Part shown: piece by piece, positions 1 through 9,984 of the stretch | How positions within the stretch are numbered: position 1 is the stretch's first letter | How the letters are laid out: each line of letters starts with the position of its first letter | Assembly: GCA_016840165.1 (NCBI GenBank) | Contig: JAEOSU010000080.1 | Span: 150,036 to 214,035, forward strand | Direction of reading: 5' to 3' | Length of the DNA: 64,000 bases | Source: Promethearchaeota archaeon | GTDB taxonomy: Archaea > Asgardarchaeota > Lokiarchaeia > Sigyniarchaeales > SOKP01 | The notes under the pieces: model-generated | Told to the model about the DNA's origin: nothing | The model's database searches: none | The model's input: the letters and a program-made list of their open reading frames with translations, nothing else | Translations under genes and position numbers: made by a program

Positions 1-1172
1 TCTACAATCGCCTTAAGCTGTTTAGGATTAATAAATAAATAAAAAGATGTATCATCTGAAATCTTGCTAAAGATAGAACCCCTTTCAAATTTAAAACTCT
101 TTTTAGAGATATTGATTAATCCCACACTCCTTAAATTTCGCAAAATGTCATTATATTGAGTTTTACTGGCAATATATTCTATTGATTCACATGAGATGAT
201 ATATAACTCTTTTAGCTTTTTATTAGATATGTAGTAATTAGAATTTCTTAAGAAAAAGTTTGCTAGATTATCCAGAAATATAATAATAAGGAGTTCTTCT
301 TCAGAAATATAGGAAAGCAACGAAAATTCGTCTGAAATTTGGATGGAGTCAAATTGATTTTGAATGAGTGAGATAAAATCTAAATGACTGATATATTTTG
401 GATCTTTAAGAAGAGGATATAATTCTTTAAATATTTCAATTCCTTTTCCAGGCACGGGTACATAATGTTCAAAAATTAAGTCTGTGATGTATTCAATCAA
501 TTCAATATCTATTTCGTGCATAAAAGTTAATGAAACTCTTTGTTTTAGAATATCTAATAATTCAGAATAAGAATAGAATTCTAATTTTTTTTTGTAATCA
601 AACTCATTTAAAAGATCAAAAGTCTCACTTCGATTTACTCTATTTACTGTAGAAATTATTGTTGTTTTCGTCTCTTTTCCATAATTCAAAAATTTTTTGA
701 AGTTTTGAGGTTTTAAATCTTCAATATTATTAAAAACCATAATCAACGGATTAGTAATTTTACTGGTTATCAGTTTAAATGTATTCCATAACTCAGATAC
801 ACTAGCCTTTAAAAATGAAGTTAAATTTAGCTCAAAATTGCACATAAACGAGAGATCTGAGATTAAACCGAAAAAAATTTCATGCAGATTTTTGTCTTTA
901 CAATCTACACTAACTTCATAGATTATTGAATCCAATTGATTTTGATAGATTAGGTCTTTAGTAACTTTATTTATTATAACTTTTTTACCTATTCCTTGCA
1001 GTCCTTGATATAGGACATTGCAACAGAAATTATCCGATAATGAATCGTTTAGAAGAGATTTAAGATAATTCTCTTCTTTAGCTCGATATAATATTTTTGG
1101 AGGGACATAATTAACATCAAATAATGCTTTAGGACCAATATAATCATTAAATGTTTCAGATTTTACTATCAT
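1..1172 (-). CDS. Cdc6/Orc1-family AAA+ protein, degenerate Walker motifs (3'-truncated by window edge)
   Basis: Missing from the ORF track; translated by hand from ATG 1172: MIVKSETFNDYIGPKALFDVNYVPPKILYRAKEENYL (Cdc6 'YxP..l..Re.E' start), GLQGIGKK, LIMVFNNIE. The same frame is open at the segments checked, including 1-60. Confidence 0.8.
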   Translation of the reverse strand, partial: MIVKSETFNDYIGPKALFDVNYVPPKILYRAKEENYLKSLLNDSLSDNFCCNVLYQGLQGIGKKVIINKVTKDLIYQNQLDSIIYEVSVDCKDKNLHEIFFGLISDLSFMCNFELNLTSFLKASVSELWNTFKLITSKITNPLIMVFNNIEDLKPQNFKKFLNYGKETKTTIISTVNRVNRSETFDLLNEFDYKKKLEFYSYSELLDILKQRVSLTFMHEIDIELIEYITDLIFEHYVPVPGKGIEIFKELYPLLKDPKYISHLDFISLIQNQFDSIQISDEFSLLSYISEEELLIIIFLDNLANFFLRNSNYYISNKKLKELYIISCESIEYIASKTQYNDILRNLRSVGLINISKKSFKFERGSIFSKISDDTSFYLFINPKQLKAIV

Positions 1173-1305
1173 TTTATCTAAATTTAATTTTTAGATATAA
1201 ATTTAATAATAACTATTTAAACCCCCCCAGAGAGTGGGAGGTGATTGGAAGTAAATTTAATTTTTTATAATTTAAAATTAGAATTATAGGGAAAAGAAAA
1301 CCTGT

Positions 1306-2124
1306 TTATAACGAGATAATATTTACCTTTATATCAGTTTTTTCTAGTTTTTCATCTAATCTCTGCTTCCTTAGCTTATTTGCAAACTTTATATCGATTT
1401 TATCATAAATATATCCATTTGAGCTATAAGGAGCTTCAATTACTCTTAAAAGCGAAGGAGAGTAATGTTCAGGAACAAAAGAAATGATTTTACTTTTACC
1501 TGAAAATTTTCTTTTAAAAAATTCTCCATAGGTATTAGAGGCTACAACGGGAATCCTATTTTCTAATGCTCGAGCTTTTAAATAAATATCCCAGTTATTT
1601 AACCCCATATCTCTTATCTGAGTAGGAGAGAACAAAATCTCAGCTTCTTTTTCAGAAGCTAACCTTGGGGTTTCAAAGAAAGCCATATCAAAACAGATTA
1701 ATATTGCAAAATTAAATGATTTCAATTTAAATATATTTAAAACCAATGAAGATTCAAACTTTTTACGTTCATAAGAATAAAGATGAATTTTATCTTGACG
1801 ACCAATCTCTTCACCATATTTATCGAAGAAATAGGAAGTAATAAATGGTTTTTTAGTTGTTGGGCGCTTTTCCCATATCCCTCCTGAAATAATATTAATA
1901 CTATAATCCGTCGCGAGTTTTTTTACAAATTCATAATCTTGACCTCTTTCTTTTTGAAAGTTTAGGGCTATATCTTTCGAATAAGGTACCCACCTCTCAG
2001 GTAAACAAGCAATTTCACAATCATTATGCTCTTCAAGTAAGTTACTTATTAATCCTTCAATCTCTAAATAGCATTTTTTTTTATTTGGATATATTTCTGG
2101 TTGAATAGAAGCAACATTTAACAT
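1306..2124 (-). CDS. Carbon-nitrogen hydrolase (nitrilase family)
   Basis: Catalytic triad motifs LPE, QDKIHL, ICFD; RALEN. Confidence 0.9.
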   Translation of the reverse strand: MLNVASIQPEIYPNKKKCYLEIEGLISNLLEEHNDCEIACLPERWVPYSKDIALNFQKERGQDYEFVKKLATDYSINIISGGIWEKRPTTKKPFITSYFFDKYGEEIGRQDKIHLYSYERKKFESSLVLNIFKLKSFNFAILICFDMAFFETPRLASEKEAEILFSPTQIRDMGLNNWDIYLKARALENRIPVVASNTYGEFFKRKFSGKSKIISFVPEHYSPSLLRVIEAPYSSNGYIYDKIDIKFANKLRKQRLDEKLEKTDIKVNIISL

Positions 2125-2135
2125 TTTGAATCTAT

Positions 2136-2879
2136 TTAGACTTTTTTTTTATTCAAGTTAGACACAATATCAAAAAGTTCATATAACTGATGGATTTCAT
2201 AATCTGGCATACTTTTATCATCTAAATTTTGTTCAGATAAAGAGAGATCATATTTCCCTCCTCGATGAATGTAAATTGTATATATGTTATTCAAATTTGC
2301 CGGAATAATATCTTTCTCTATATTATCTCCTACATATATAGTCTCATTCCCTTTAACACCAAATTTCTCTAAAAAATATTCAAAAAGTTTTGGATTCGGT
2401 TTCCGAATTCCAATCTCATCGGTGATTACTATTAAATCAACTAATTTGTCAATTTCAAGTCTTAAAATTTTTTCATATTGTTTGATTGGAATTCCATCAC
2501 TAATTATGGCAGATTTAATTCCCATATCTTTGATTTTTTTAAGAGTTGGTTTCACATCGTCATAAAGTTTTATAGAATCAATTTTTTCTTGATGATAAGC
2601 CATTACAGCTGCAGCAATGTATTTATATTGTTCATTAAAAGAGATGGAAAAATCTTCGATGGTGTTTAATCTTCTGATAAAATAATCATAATGTTTAGAA
2701 GAATTAGATCCATATTCGTTTACAATCTCATTTAATAGGTTGATAGCATTTTTACGGTCTAATTTTAATCCTAGTTTAATCATTGCATCAATTCCTTTAA
2801 TGCGAGCTCTTTCTGAAAGTCCAGTAGAATCAAAAAGGCAATCATCTAAATCAAATCCTATCAATTTTATTGGACACAT
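2136..2879 (-). CDS. HAD-superfamily hydrolase (TIGR02253-like)
   Basis: FDLDDCL, SDG, RKPNP, VGDNIEKD. Confidence 0.9.
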   Translation of the reverse strand: MCPIKLIGFDLDDCLFDSTGLSERARIKGIDAMIKLGLKLDRKNAINLLNEIVNEYGSNSSKHYDYFIRRLNTIEDFSISFNEQYKYIAAAVMAYHQEKIDSIKLYDDVKPTLKKIKDMGIKSAIISDGIPIKQYEKILRLEIDKLVDLIVITDEIGIRKPNPKLFEYFLEKFGVKGNETIYVGDNIEKDIIPANLNNIYTIYIHRGGKYDLSLSEQNLDDKSMPDYEIHQLYELFDIVSNLNKKKV

Positions 2880-3094
2880 TATCTTTAGTAAAGGAAAATC
2901 AAATTTATTGGATTTAAAATTATATTTGAATTTTTAGTGTATGAAATCTCTACTACGGCTTTTAGATATTTAGTTAAGTTAAATTTATTTATCTTTAAAT
3001 ATATATAATGTTTAAATATTAATTTATTATGCTTTAGAATTTAAATATTTAATTCGGTTTGCTGAACTTCATTACATTTGTGGGGATTTAATTC

Positions 3095-4216
3095 TTGAGA
3101 ACTATTACTGCATTGTGTTACTTTCATAGAAAAATTGGACCCATAGTTTTTTACTCTTATCCTGAAAACTTACTAGATGACCAATTATCTTTAAGACTTG
3201 CAAATATAATGGATCAAACAGTTAGTGAAGGTTTTTTTATTCATTCAATTGAAAATAGGAAATTTATGAATTTTTATTTTGAAATCCGTTCTGATTGGGC
3301 TCGTGGAAACAAGGAAATGCTAATGATTTCTATTGTTTTTGATCGTCAAATCTCTTCCGATTTAGAAATAAATGTGAAAACTTTATGTGCAGAATTTTCT
3401 GAGAAACTTTTAACAAATGAAAACATCTTTACAGCATTTTATATTAATGACATCGATAATTTTGATGAAAAAGATAAAGAACTGATTTTTAATAATAATT
3501 CTTTGATTAATTCGTGGGTAAAAGAATTATACTGGGCTGTTTTAGAAGAGACTCGTGAAAGAACTGAAGAGGAAAAAATCGCAACTTTGTTAAATAAAAA
3601 ACATATCTTTTCAACGCTTAGAAAACTATCAAAAGGACCTATTACTTTGGAAGGTCTGAGAGAATGGTTTGATGATGAATTCCCGAAATTAGATTTTAAA
3701 GAGCTTATTGACTCCTTAGCAGAAAAACAATTTATTTTTATCAACCAAATAGGGTTTGTTGAAAAATATGTACTTTTATTGAAAGAAGTAAATGCGGAAC
3801 GAATCCCTCCAGACAGCGTGATTGAATATATAGAAGGTGCACCTGAACAAGTTGAAAGGGAATTAATTGATCTTTTACTGCCAAAAGTGCAGGAATATTT
3901 TAGCAGTTATGAAAATAAATCGAAAATGGAATTAGAAAAAGATACGTATACGTTATTTCAAATTGTATCTGATCCAAAGAAATATAATGTACTTTCAGAA
4001 CTCAGGAATGGATTAATTTCAAAAGATAATCTACCTAAATTAGTCTCCAAAAGAACACTAGAATATTTAAACTCTTCATTAGATTTCCTTAAACAGCATG
4101 ATATTATTGAAGAGTTGAAGTTTAAAGGAAAACGATACGTGGTACTCAAAACTGATATACAAATTACCACTTCTTTCCCCGAATATTTAAGAAAGTTATT
4201 ACCGAAAGAAAGTTAA
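3095..4216 (+). CDS. Longin/uDENN-like N-terminal domain protein with probable C-terminal winged-helix domains
   Basis: N-term 'YFHRKIGPIVFYSYP' matches the uDENN/longin F(D/H)xxxGP signature; ARG motif (WARGNKE). Confidence 0.6.
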   Translation: MRTITALCYFHRKIGPIVFYSYPENLLDDQLSLRLANIMDQTVSEGFFIHSIENRKFMNFYFEIRSDWARGNKEMLMISIVFDRQISSDLEINVKTLCAEFSEKLLTNENIFTAFYINDIDNFDEKDKELIFNNNSLINSWVKELYWAVLEETRERTEEEKIATLLNKKHIFSTLRKLSKGPITLEGLREWFDDEFPKLDFKELIDSLAEKQFIFINQIGFVEKYVLLLKEVNAERIPPDSVIEYIEGAPEQVERELIDLLLPKVQEYFSSYENKSKMELEKDTYTLFQIVSDPKKYNVLSELRNGLISKDNLPKLVSKRTLEYLNSSLDFLKQHDIIEELKFKGKRYVVLKTDIQITTSFPEYLRKLLPKES

Positions 4217-4259
4217 GAAAACTTATAGAAATAGGGACTCAAACAATAATAGTTTTAAT

Positions 4260-4520
4260 ATGGCTGAAGATAACGAATCATTAGAAGATTTAAAATATCT
4301 ATTAGGAAATATGGGAATTGATATACTTTTAGCTATAGGGGAAGGCGCAAAAGATTTTGAAACTATTAAGATATTCTCAGGTTTACCTTTAATATGTGTT
4401 AAAGGCCGCATCCCTGTTCTGTTGGAGCTTAATCTTGCGAACAAGGATAATGATGAATATTATTTAACAGAAAAAGGTTTGCGCTTCAAAAAAGAAATGA
4501 ATTCAATAATAAAGAAATAA
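4260..4520 (+). CDS. Small winged-helix protein
   Basis: 86 aa; wing motif YYLTEKG. Confidence 0.7.
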   Translation: MAEDNESLEDLKYLLGNMGIDILLAIGEGAKDFETIKIFSGLPLICVKGRIPVLLELNLANKDNDEYYLTEKGLRFKKEMNSIIKK

Positions 4521-4523
4521 ATT

Positions 4524-4600
4524 AGATTTCAGATTGGGGCGACAACGTCCTTGCTACGAGCAATAGCTCTAATCATTTGTCATAAGTTCATCATCAATCT
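4524..4600 (-). ncRNA. Box C/D methylation-guide sRNA; D guide predicted to target 23S G2251 (E. coli numbering)
   Basis: Minus strand: AGATTg-ATGATGA(C)-acttatgacaa-ATGA(D')-...hairpin ttgct/agcaa...-gttgtcgccccaat-CTGA(D)-AATCT; 5-bp terminal stem. Confidence 0.8.
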
Positions 4601-5070
4601 AAATCATTATTATCTAAGTCATTGTGAGTTAAATATTTTTTGTAATATTTTTTTTGATAGTACCCAGGTTCTTTATAACCACCTATTTTATTAATAAGAT
4701 TGCTTAAACCATCTTCTTGTGAGAGCTCTGTTTTTATCAGATTATATAATTCAATTGAGAGTTCTTTTCTGTTTAATAAGTATTCTAATATCGCAAATGC
4801 ATCACTTAAATTATCACAGCGCCTTATGAAATCAAAAACACCAGGATTGGTTATATTTTCCTTATAATCTTCAAATGGATTTTTTTCTGATTCCTTTTTT
4901 ATACGGATAGCGTCAATTGAAAGTTGTTTCTTTTTTTGAACTATCTCTGAGGTTAAGTTCGGAAAATGTTTTTCTAAATCCTCTTTAGCATATATTATAT
5001 TTAATCCATTCTCTTGATTAATTTCAGAATTATTGACGATCTTTTTCTTTTCTTTGATTTTTTTTTCCAT
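4594..5070 (-). CDS. DUF2095-like archaeal protein
   Basis: FPNL..EI; PGVFDFIRRC; EYLLNRKELS; KEPGYY. Confidence 0.7.
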   Translation of the reverse strand: MEKKIKEKKKIVNNSEINQENGLNIIYAKEDLEKHFPNLTSEIVQKKKQLSIDAIRIKKESEKNPFEDYKENITNPGVFDFIRRCDNLSDAFAILEYLLNRKELSIELYNLIKTELSQEDGLSNLINKIGGYKEPGYYQKKYYKKYLTHNDLDNNDLD

Positions 5071-5251
5071 TTTAAAGTAATTTAAAGGTAAAAATGCTCA
5101 TTTGAGAGTTAATTAACATAATCCGTATAAAAATATATAATAATCTATTAAAATTATTCAAGAAAAACTTTAATTAAATCTAAATAAAAACAATAAAATT
5201 AATTAATTTCTCATTATTTAATATACCAAGATAGACACAGTTGTTTTTATT

Positions 5252-5836
5252 ATGAAGTCGGGATATGCCTATGTCAAGGAAACCTTTGAGAAACATGAAA
5301 AAGAATACCAATCTCCAAATTGGAAACGAGGAATAGAATATCGAAAAGGTAAGGCCATCCAAAGAGTTGAATATCCATTAAATATTAGCCGTGCCAGAAA
5401 TTTAGGATATAAAGCTAAACAAGGGTATGTAGTTGTTAGAGCGAAAATTAGAAAAGGTGGCATGCATAAAGTAAGACCAAAGCGAGGTAGAAAACCTCGG
5501 GCGTTAGGTGTCTCCAAATATACAACAGGTAAGAATCTACGCTGGATAGCTGAAGAACGCGTTCAAAGGAAATATCCAAATATGCAAGTACTCAATAGTT
5601 ATAAAGTATATTCTGATGGAAAAAGTTGGTATTATGAGGTAATTTTAGTCGATCCGAATCATCCTGTTATAAAAAATGACCCTAAAATTAACTGGATTTG
5701 TCAAGCACATCAAAAGAGAAGAGCCAATCGTGGTTTGACCTCTGCTGGTAAAAAGTCTCGTGGTTTACATAAAAAAGGATGGGGTTCAGAAAAGACTAGA
5801 CCCAGTATAAGAGCTAATAAAGGACGAGGTAAATAA
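5252..5836 (+). CDS. rpl15e: 50S ribosomal protein L15e
   Basis: ARNLGYKAKQG, IAEERVQRKYPN, YEVILVDPNHP, RGLTSAGKK. Confidence 0.98.
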   Translation: MKSGYAYVKETFEKHEKEYQSPNWKRGIEYRKGKAIQRVEYPLNISRARNLGYKAKQGYVVVRAKIRKGGMHKVRPKRGRKPRALGVSKYTTGKNLRWIAEERVQRKYPNMQVLNSYKVYSDGKSWYYEVILVDPNHPVIKNDPKINWICQAHQKRRANRGLTSAGKKSRGLHKKGWGSEKTRPSIRANKGRGK

Positions 5837-5881
5837 TTTCTCTTCCTATTATATTCTAATCCTTAATTTTTTAAAAAAAAT

Positions 5882-6691
5882 TTATAATTTGTTTATACTA
5901 CAAGTCATTCCGCCGTCTAATATTAGATTATGGCCTGTAATATAATCTGCTGCTGGAGAGGCTAAGAATAGGGCAACCCCGGCAACATCTGTAGTTTCTC
6001 CAACCCTATCAATGGGAAGAGATACTTTTCTTAATTTAATCCATTCCTTAATGAACTCTCGACTTTCATAAATTGGAGTAAAAAAGATTCCTGGACAAAT
6101 AGCATTTACAGTTATATTATTAGCTCCTAGCTCGAGAGCCCACAATTTAGTGAACATAATGAGTCCAGCTTTACTTACGCTGTATATACCAATAAGAGGA
6201 TTAGCACCACATTCCGTTCCGGCACATGAAGTAATATTAATAATTTTTCCCGCAATTGGTCTATAAGATTGGTTTTTCATTTTTTTATGGAATATTTTAG
6301 TCATATTCCACGCTCCTTTCAAATTTACATCCATAATTCTGTCGTATTCTGTTTCTTTGGCACTAAGTGAAAAAGAACTTGCCCTTTTTCCTACTCCTCT
6401 AACTCCTGCATTATTTACCAAAATAAAAACATTATCAAATCTACTAAAGGTTTGTTTACTCATCTCTTTAACTTCATCAACTTTAGAAATGTCTGCTTTC
6501 ACTAGTAGAATATCAGATTTAACCGATTTTAAAATTATCTCACGAGTTTCTTCGATTCCTTTCAAGTTGATGTCATTTAGTACCAGATCAGCTCCTTTTT
6601 GAGCGAATCCTTTTGCCATCTCACGGCCAAAACCACTTCCTGCACCAGTTATCAAAACTGTCCTATTTTCTAAAAATTTTTCATTATTCAT
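5882..6691 (-). CDS. Short-chain dehydrogenase/reductase
   Basis: TGAGSGFG, NNAG, YSVSK. Confidence 0.95.
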   Translation of the reverse strand: MNNEKFLENRTVLITGAGSGFGREMAKGFAQKGADLVLNDINLKGIEETREIILKSVKSDILLVKADISKVDEVKEMSKQTFSRFDNVFILVNNAGVRGVGKRASSFSLSAKETEYDRIMDVNLKGAWNMTKIFHKKMKNQSYRPIAGKIINITSCAGTECGANPLIGIYSVSKAGLIMFTKLWALELGANNITVNAICPGIFFTPIYESREFIKEWIKLRKVSLPIDRVGETTDVAGVALFLASPAADYITGHNLILDGGMTCSINKL

Positions 6692-6731
6692 ATTGACTCA
6701 ATTTATTTTTTCATTATAAAAATAAAAGAAA

Positions 6732-8477
6732 TTAATTTCCAAATAAACCTTTATTTTTCTTAAACAAGCCTAATAATTTCATTGCGGGTGGTGTTTCGAA
6801 TGCAATTTCAATATCTAAAACAGCAGGTTTTTTGGATTGGATTGCCCGCTCCAAAGCCGGTCTTATATCTTCTGGTTTGTTTAATGTTTCCCCATAGCAT
6901 CCAAAACTACGAGCAATTTCAGTATAATTAATTGGTGGAAAATCTACATCACAATATCTTTTACCAAAATTGAGTTTTTGATTAGACTTTATCATTCCCC
7001 ATGCACAATTATTCGCAATTACTATAATAATAGGTAAATTCAATCTGACTGCTGTCTCTAATTCTTGTACATTGAAAAGAAAGCTTCCATCTCCAGTTAA
7101 ACAGATTACTAGTTTATCTGGTTTAGCCATTTGTACACCAATAGCATAAGGAATTCCAGTACCCAAATGACCCATTGAGACCGATCTAAAAAAGCTTCTT
7201 GGAAGACGAGGTTTAAGAGAGATTAAATCGAGGGCAAATACATAAATATCACCACCATCAATGACTATTTGCGCATCATCAGGAAGAAAATCTAACATTT
7301 CATATATCAATCGGTGTGGTTTCATAGGTAATTTATCAAATTTCAACATTTTTTCTATCTGATTTTTATCTTGTTTTCTTACATCTTGTAGATAATCATT
7401 CCATTGCGACCATTCCGTTATAGTTCCTTTAGGGAAACTCTTTTCCATCTCTTCTAGGAGCTGGATTATAACTGATTTCGCATCTCCGATTATAGCAACA
7501 CTTACCGGCCTATTCTTTCCAATTTCAGAAGGATCAATATCAACTTGGATAAGTTTTTGATTTTGGTTCCAAATAGGTGATGATCCATAAATAATTGTAT
7601 GATCCCATTTGCACCCAAATGAAAGAATTACATCAGCTTCAGCAGCAGCTCTTCTATATGCTATAGCAGTTAATTTCCCTCCTACAAAGGTCTCATCCAT
7701 TGTAACCGCTCCGATACCACTTGAAGTTGTCCCAATAGGAATTTTATAAGTTTCAGATAATTTATTTATTTCATTAAAAGCTTCTGAAGCCAGAACACCC
7801 CCACCAGCAACAATTAAAGGTTTCTTAGCTGATTTTAACAATTCTACGGCTTTTTTTATTCCTTCAATATTACCAGCTGGTCTGAAGATCGGACGATATT
7901 GTTCTGGAGTTAAGATTTTTTTAAAATCTTCCTCTTTAGCTTCTCTTACTAAAGCAGTTTCTCTTAATTCTAAAAAGACAGGTCCTCTTCTTCCACACAT
8001 TGCTGCCTTCATACATCTTTGGACTGCGTATGGAATTTCATGAGGTTCTTCGACGGAAACTTGTAGTTTTGTGATTGGTTTCATTAGACTCATTTGATCC
8101 AAATCACCTTGTAACATCCCAATATTTTCAAACATTCTGCCAACTTGAGCACCAATTACTAGCATTGGTATGGAATCCGCATTTGCTGCCGCAACGGCAG
8201 GTATCAAATGAGATACACCGGGACCTGCTGTACCTAAACAAACACCAATTTCTCCCGTTGCTCTTGCCCAAGCATCTGCCATATGACCCCCTGCTTGTTC
8301 ATGTCTAACCATCACGGTGTCAATTCCCTCTTCACGACCCCACCGTTCAATAGCGTCATAAATTTTTAACAATTCTCCCCCAACAATGCCAAAAATCGTA
8401 GTTATTCCTTCATTTATAAGGCATTTGACTAGTAAATCTCCACCATTCTTCATCTGTTTTGACATATTAATAAACAT
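6732..8477 (-). CDS. Thiamine diphosphate-dependent enzyme (acetolactate synthase / 2-hydroxyacyl-CoA lyase-like)
   Basis: VRHEQ, TAGPG, GDGSFLF...NN. Confidence 0.92.
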   Translation of the reverse strand: MFINMSKQMKNGGDLLVKCLINEGITTIFGIVGGELLKIYDAIERWGREEGIDTVMVRHEQAGGHMADAWARATGEIGVCLGTAGPGVSHLIPAVAAANADSIPMLVIGAQVGRMFENIGMLQGDLDQMSLMKPITKLQVSVEEPHEIPYAVQRCMKAAMCGRRGPVFLELRETALVREAKEEDFKKILTPEQYRPIFRPAGNIEGIKKAVELLKSAKKPLIVAGGGVLASEAFNEINKLSETYKIPIGTTSSGIGAVTMDETFVGGKLTAIAYRRAAAEADVILSFGCKWDHTIIYGSSPIWNQNQKLIQVDIDPSEIGKNRPVSVAIIGDAKSVIIQLLEEMEKSFPKGTITEWSQWNDYLQDVRKQDKNQIEKMLKFDKLPMKPHRLIYEMLDFLPDDAQIVIDGGDIYVFALDLISLKPRLPRSFFRSVSMGHLGTGIPYAIGVQMAKPDKLVICLTGDGSFLFNVQELETAVRLNLPIIIVIANNCAWGMIKSNQKLNFGKRYCDVDFPPINYTEIARSFGCYGETLNKPEDIRPALERAIQSKKPAVLDIEIAFETPPAMKLLGLFKKNKGLFGN

Positions 8478-8559
8478 TAAAAATAAAAATTAAATTTTGG
8501 TAAAATCAAAATTTTTACATTAGTATCTAAAAAAACTAAGATCTGTTGAGGAAAATAAT

Positions 8560-9849
8560 TTAAAATACTTTTGGATAAAAATTAAGAGGTCCTGTAGGTT
8601 CCCTCAACTCAAATTTTCCTCTAAGTATTAAATTTTTAAGTTCAATAGCAAGTTTTATCGCATTATATCTATCAGATTGCCTTAGAACTACTGGGATTTC
8701 CTCCCCTTCGAATTTAATAGTTTTTAAATCACATTCAAAAGCATTTTCAGGGCAAAAGTAAACACATGTACCACAGTTAAAGCAACGTGTGCGATCAATC
8801 GAAGTAATTTTTCCTTTTTCTATTATAAATGCATTAGTGGGGCATTCTCCAATAATTTCGCAACTTCTACACTCTTTGCATACACTTGGATTAAAACTAA
8901 CGTAAAAATTGTTGTCCCATACATCTCCATATGAAATCTGCCCTATTTTATTTCTCCCTACCACATTAAGGATTACTAAAGGAACTTCATTATCACTCTT
9001 TATGATTTGATTTAACACATTTTCATTAAGAATTGGGATCGGTACAGCTATACTGCATATATTTTCTAATCCATAAGATGTTTTAAAAGCACCCATATAC
9101 TCAGGTTTCATTCCTTTAAAATCAGCAATAGTCTGCATATTAGGTTTAAGTTTATCATTACGAGTTCCGGGTCCAAATATAATCCCTTCACCTCCATTAA
9201 CAAGAATCTTAGTTCCAACACCTAATACATCCGCATCGGGGTCATTTTGAAAGGGATTTAACGCCCCACATCCAGAAAATGTGAGTTGTTTCTTATGACC
9301 AGCTAACGGTAAAACAGAAAATATTGTATCGACCGGATCTTGACTAGGATTCAACATTGCAAAATAATTTTTTATTGCTTGCCTTGTTCCCATCATCCTT
9401 GCGAACTGCATATCATCTAACGTTATTTCTCGTTCCAATCTTTCTCCATTCTCTCCCTCTGCGCATACTTTTATCGTTTTACCTTCAACCAAATCCCTAA
9501 AGAGCATCCCACCGGAATAATTTTTAATTGTAGTACTATGATTTGTACCATATAATATGAGATCTACTATCCCAAGAAATTCGTTTGGACAGGGTCCCGG
9601 GAAAGCGGTGATGCCATTTAGCGATACTTTTGTAAATTTTCTGATTTTTTTAGGAGGAGTTAGTCGAAAAGAAAAAATTCCTGCGATACCACTCATTAAA
9701 GCTTTAGTTGCAGTAGTGATCACATCAACATCCTCAAATCTAACCTTCTCTCCATCTTCTAATTTTTCAATAAGTTCTTGAACAGTTAAAATTACTGCTG
9801 TACCTTTAGAAATTTTCTGATTTATCTCACTATAAGTTCGTTTTTTCAT
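8560..9849 (-). CDS. DUF39 / methanogenesis marker 16-like metalloprotein with 4Fe-4S ferredoxin domain
   Basis: RTYSEINQKI, VDVITTAT, GPCPNE, SGCGALNP, CFNCGTCVYFCP. Confidence 0.85.
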   Translation of the reverse strand: MKKRTYSEINQKISKGTAVILTVQELIEKLEDGEKVRFEDVDVITTATKALMSGIAGIFSFRLTPPKKIRKFTKVSLNGITAFPGPCPNEFLGIVDLILYGTNHSTTIKNYSGGMLFRDLVEGKTIKVCAEGENGERLEREITLDDMQFARMMGTRQAIKNYFAMLNPSQDPVDTIFSVLPLAGHKKQLTFSGCGALNPFQNDPDADVLGVGTKILVNGGEGIIFGPGTRNDKLKPNMQTIADFKGMKPEYMGAFKTSYGLENICSIAVPIPILNENVLNQIIKSDNEVPLVILNVVGRNKIGQISYGDVWDNNFYVSFNPSVCKECRSCEIIGECPTNAFIIEKGKITSIDRTRCFNCGTCVYFCPENAFECDLKTIKFEGEEIPVVLRQSDRYNAIKLAIELKNLILRGKFELREPTGPLNFYPKVF

Positions 9850-9984
9850 AAACCATATCTCATCTCGAGAACAATAAAAAATTTAATCTTAAATTTATAA
9901 TAAAATTTTTTTATTATACAAATGCTTACATTTCTTAAAGAATTATTGCATGATCTGGTAGTTTAAATCGAGGTTTAACTTTTA

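Noticed and set aside
2941-2968. ATGAAATC followed by TCTACTACGGCT, a possible C'-guide like those at 60239/60278
   Set aside because: No convincing C and D boxes; probably promoter DNA
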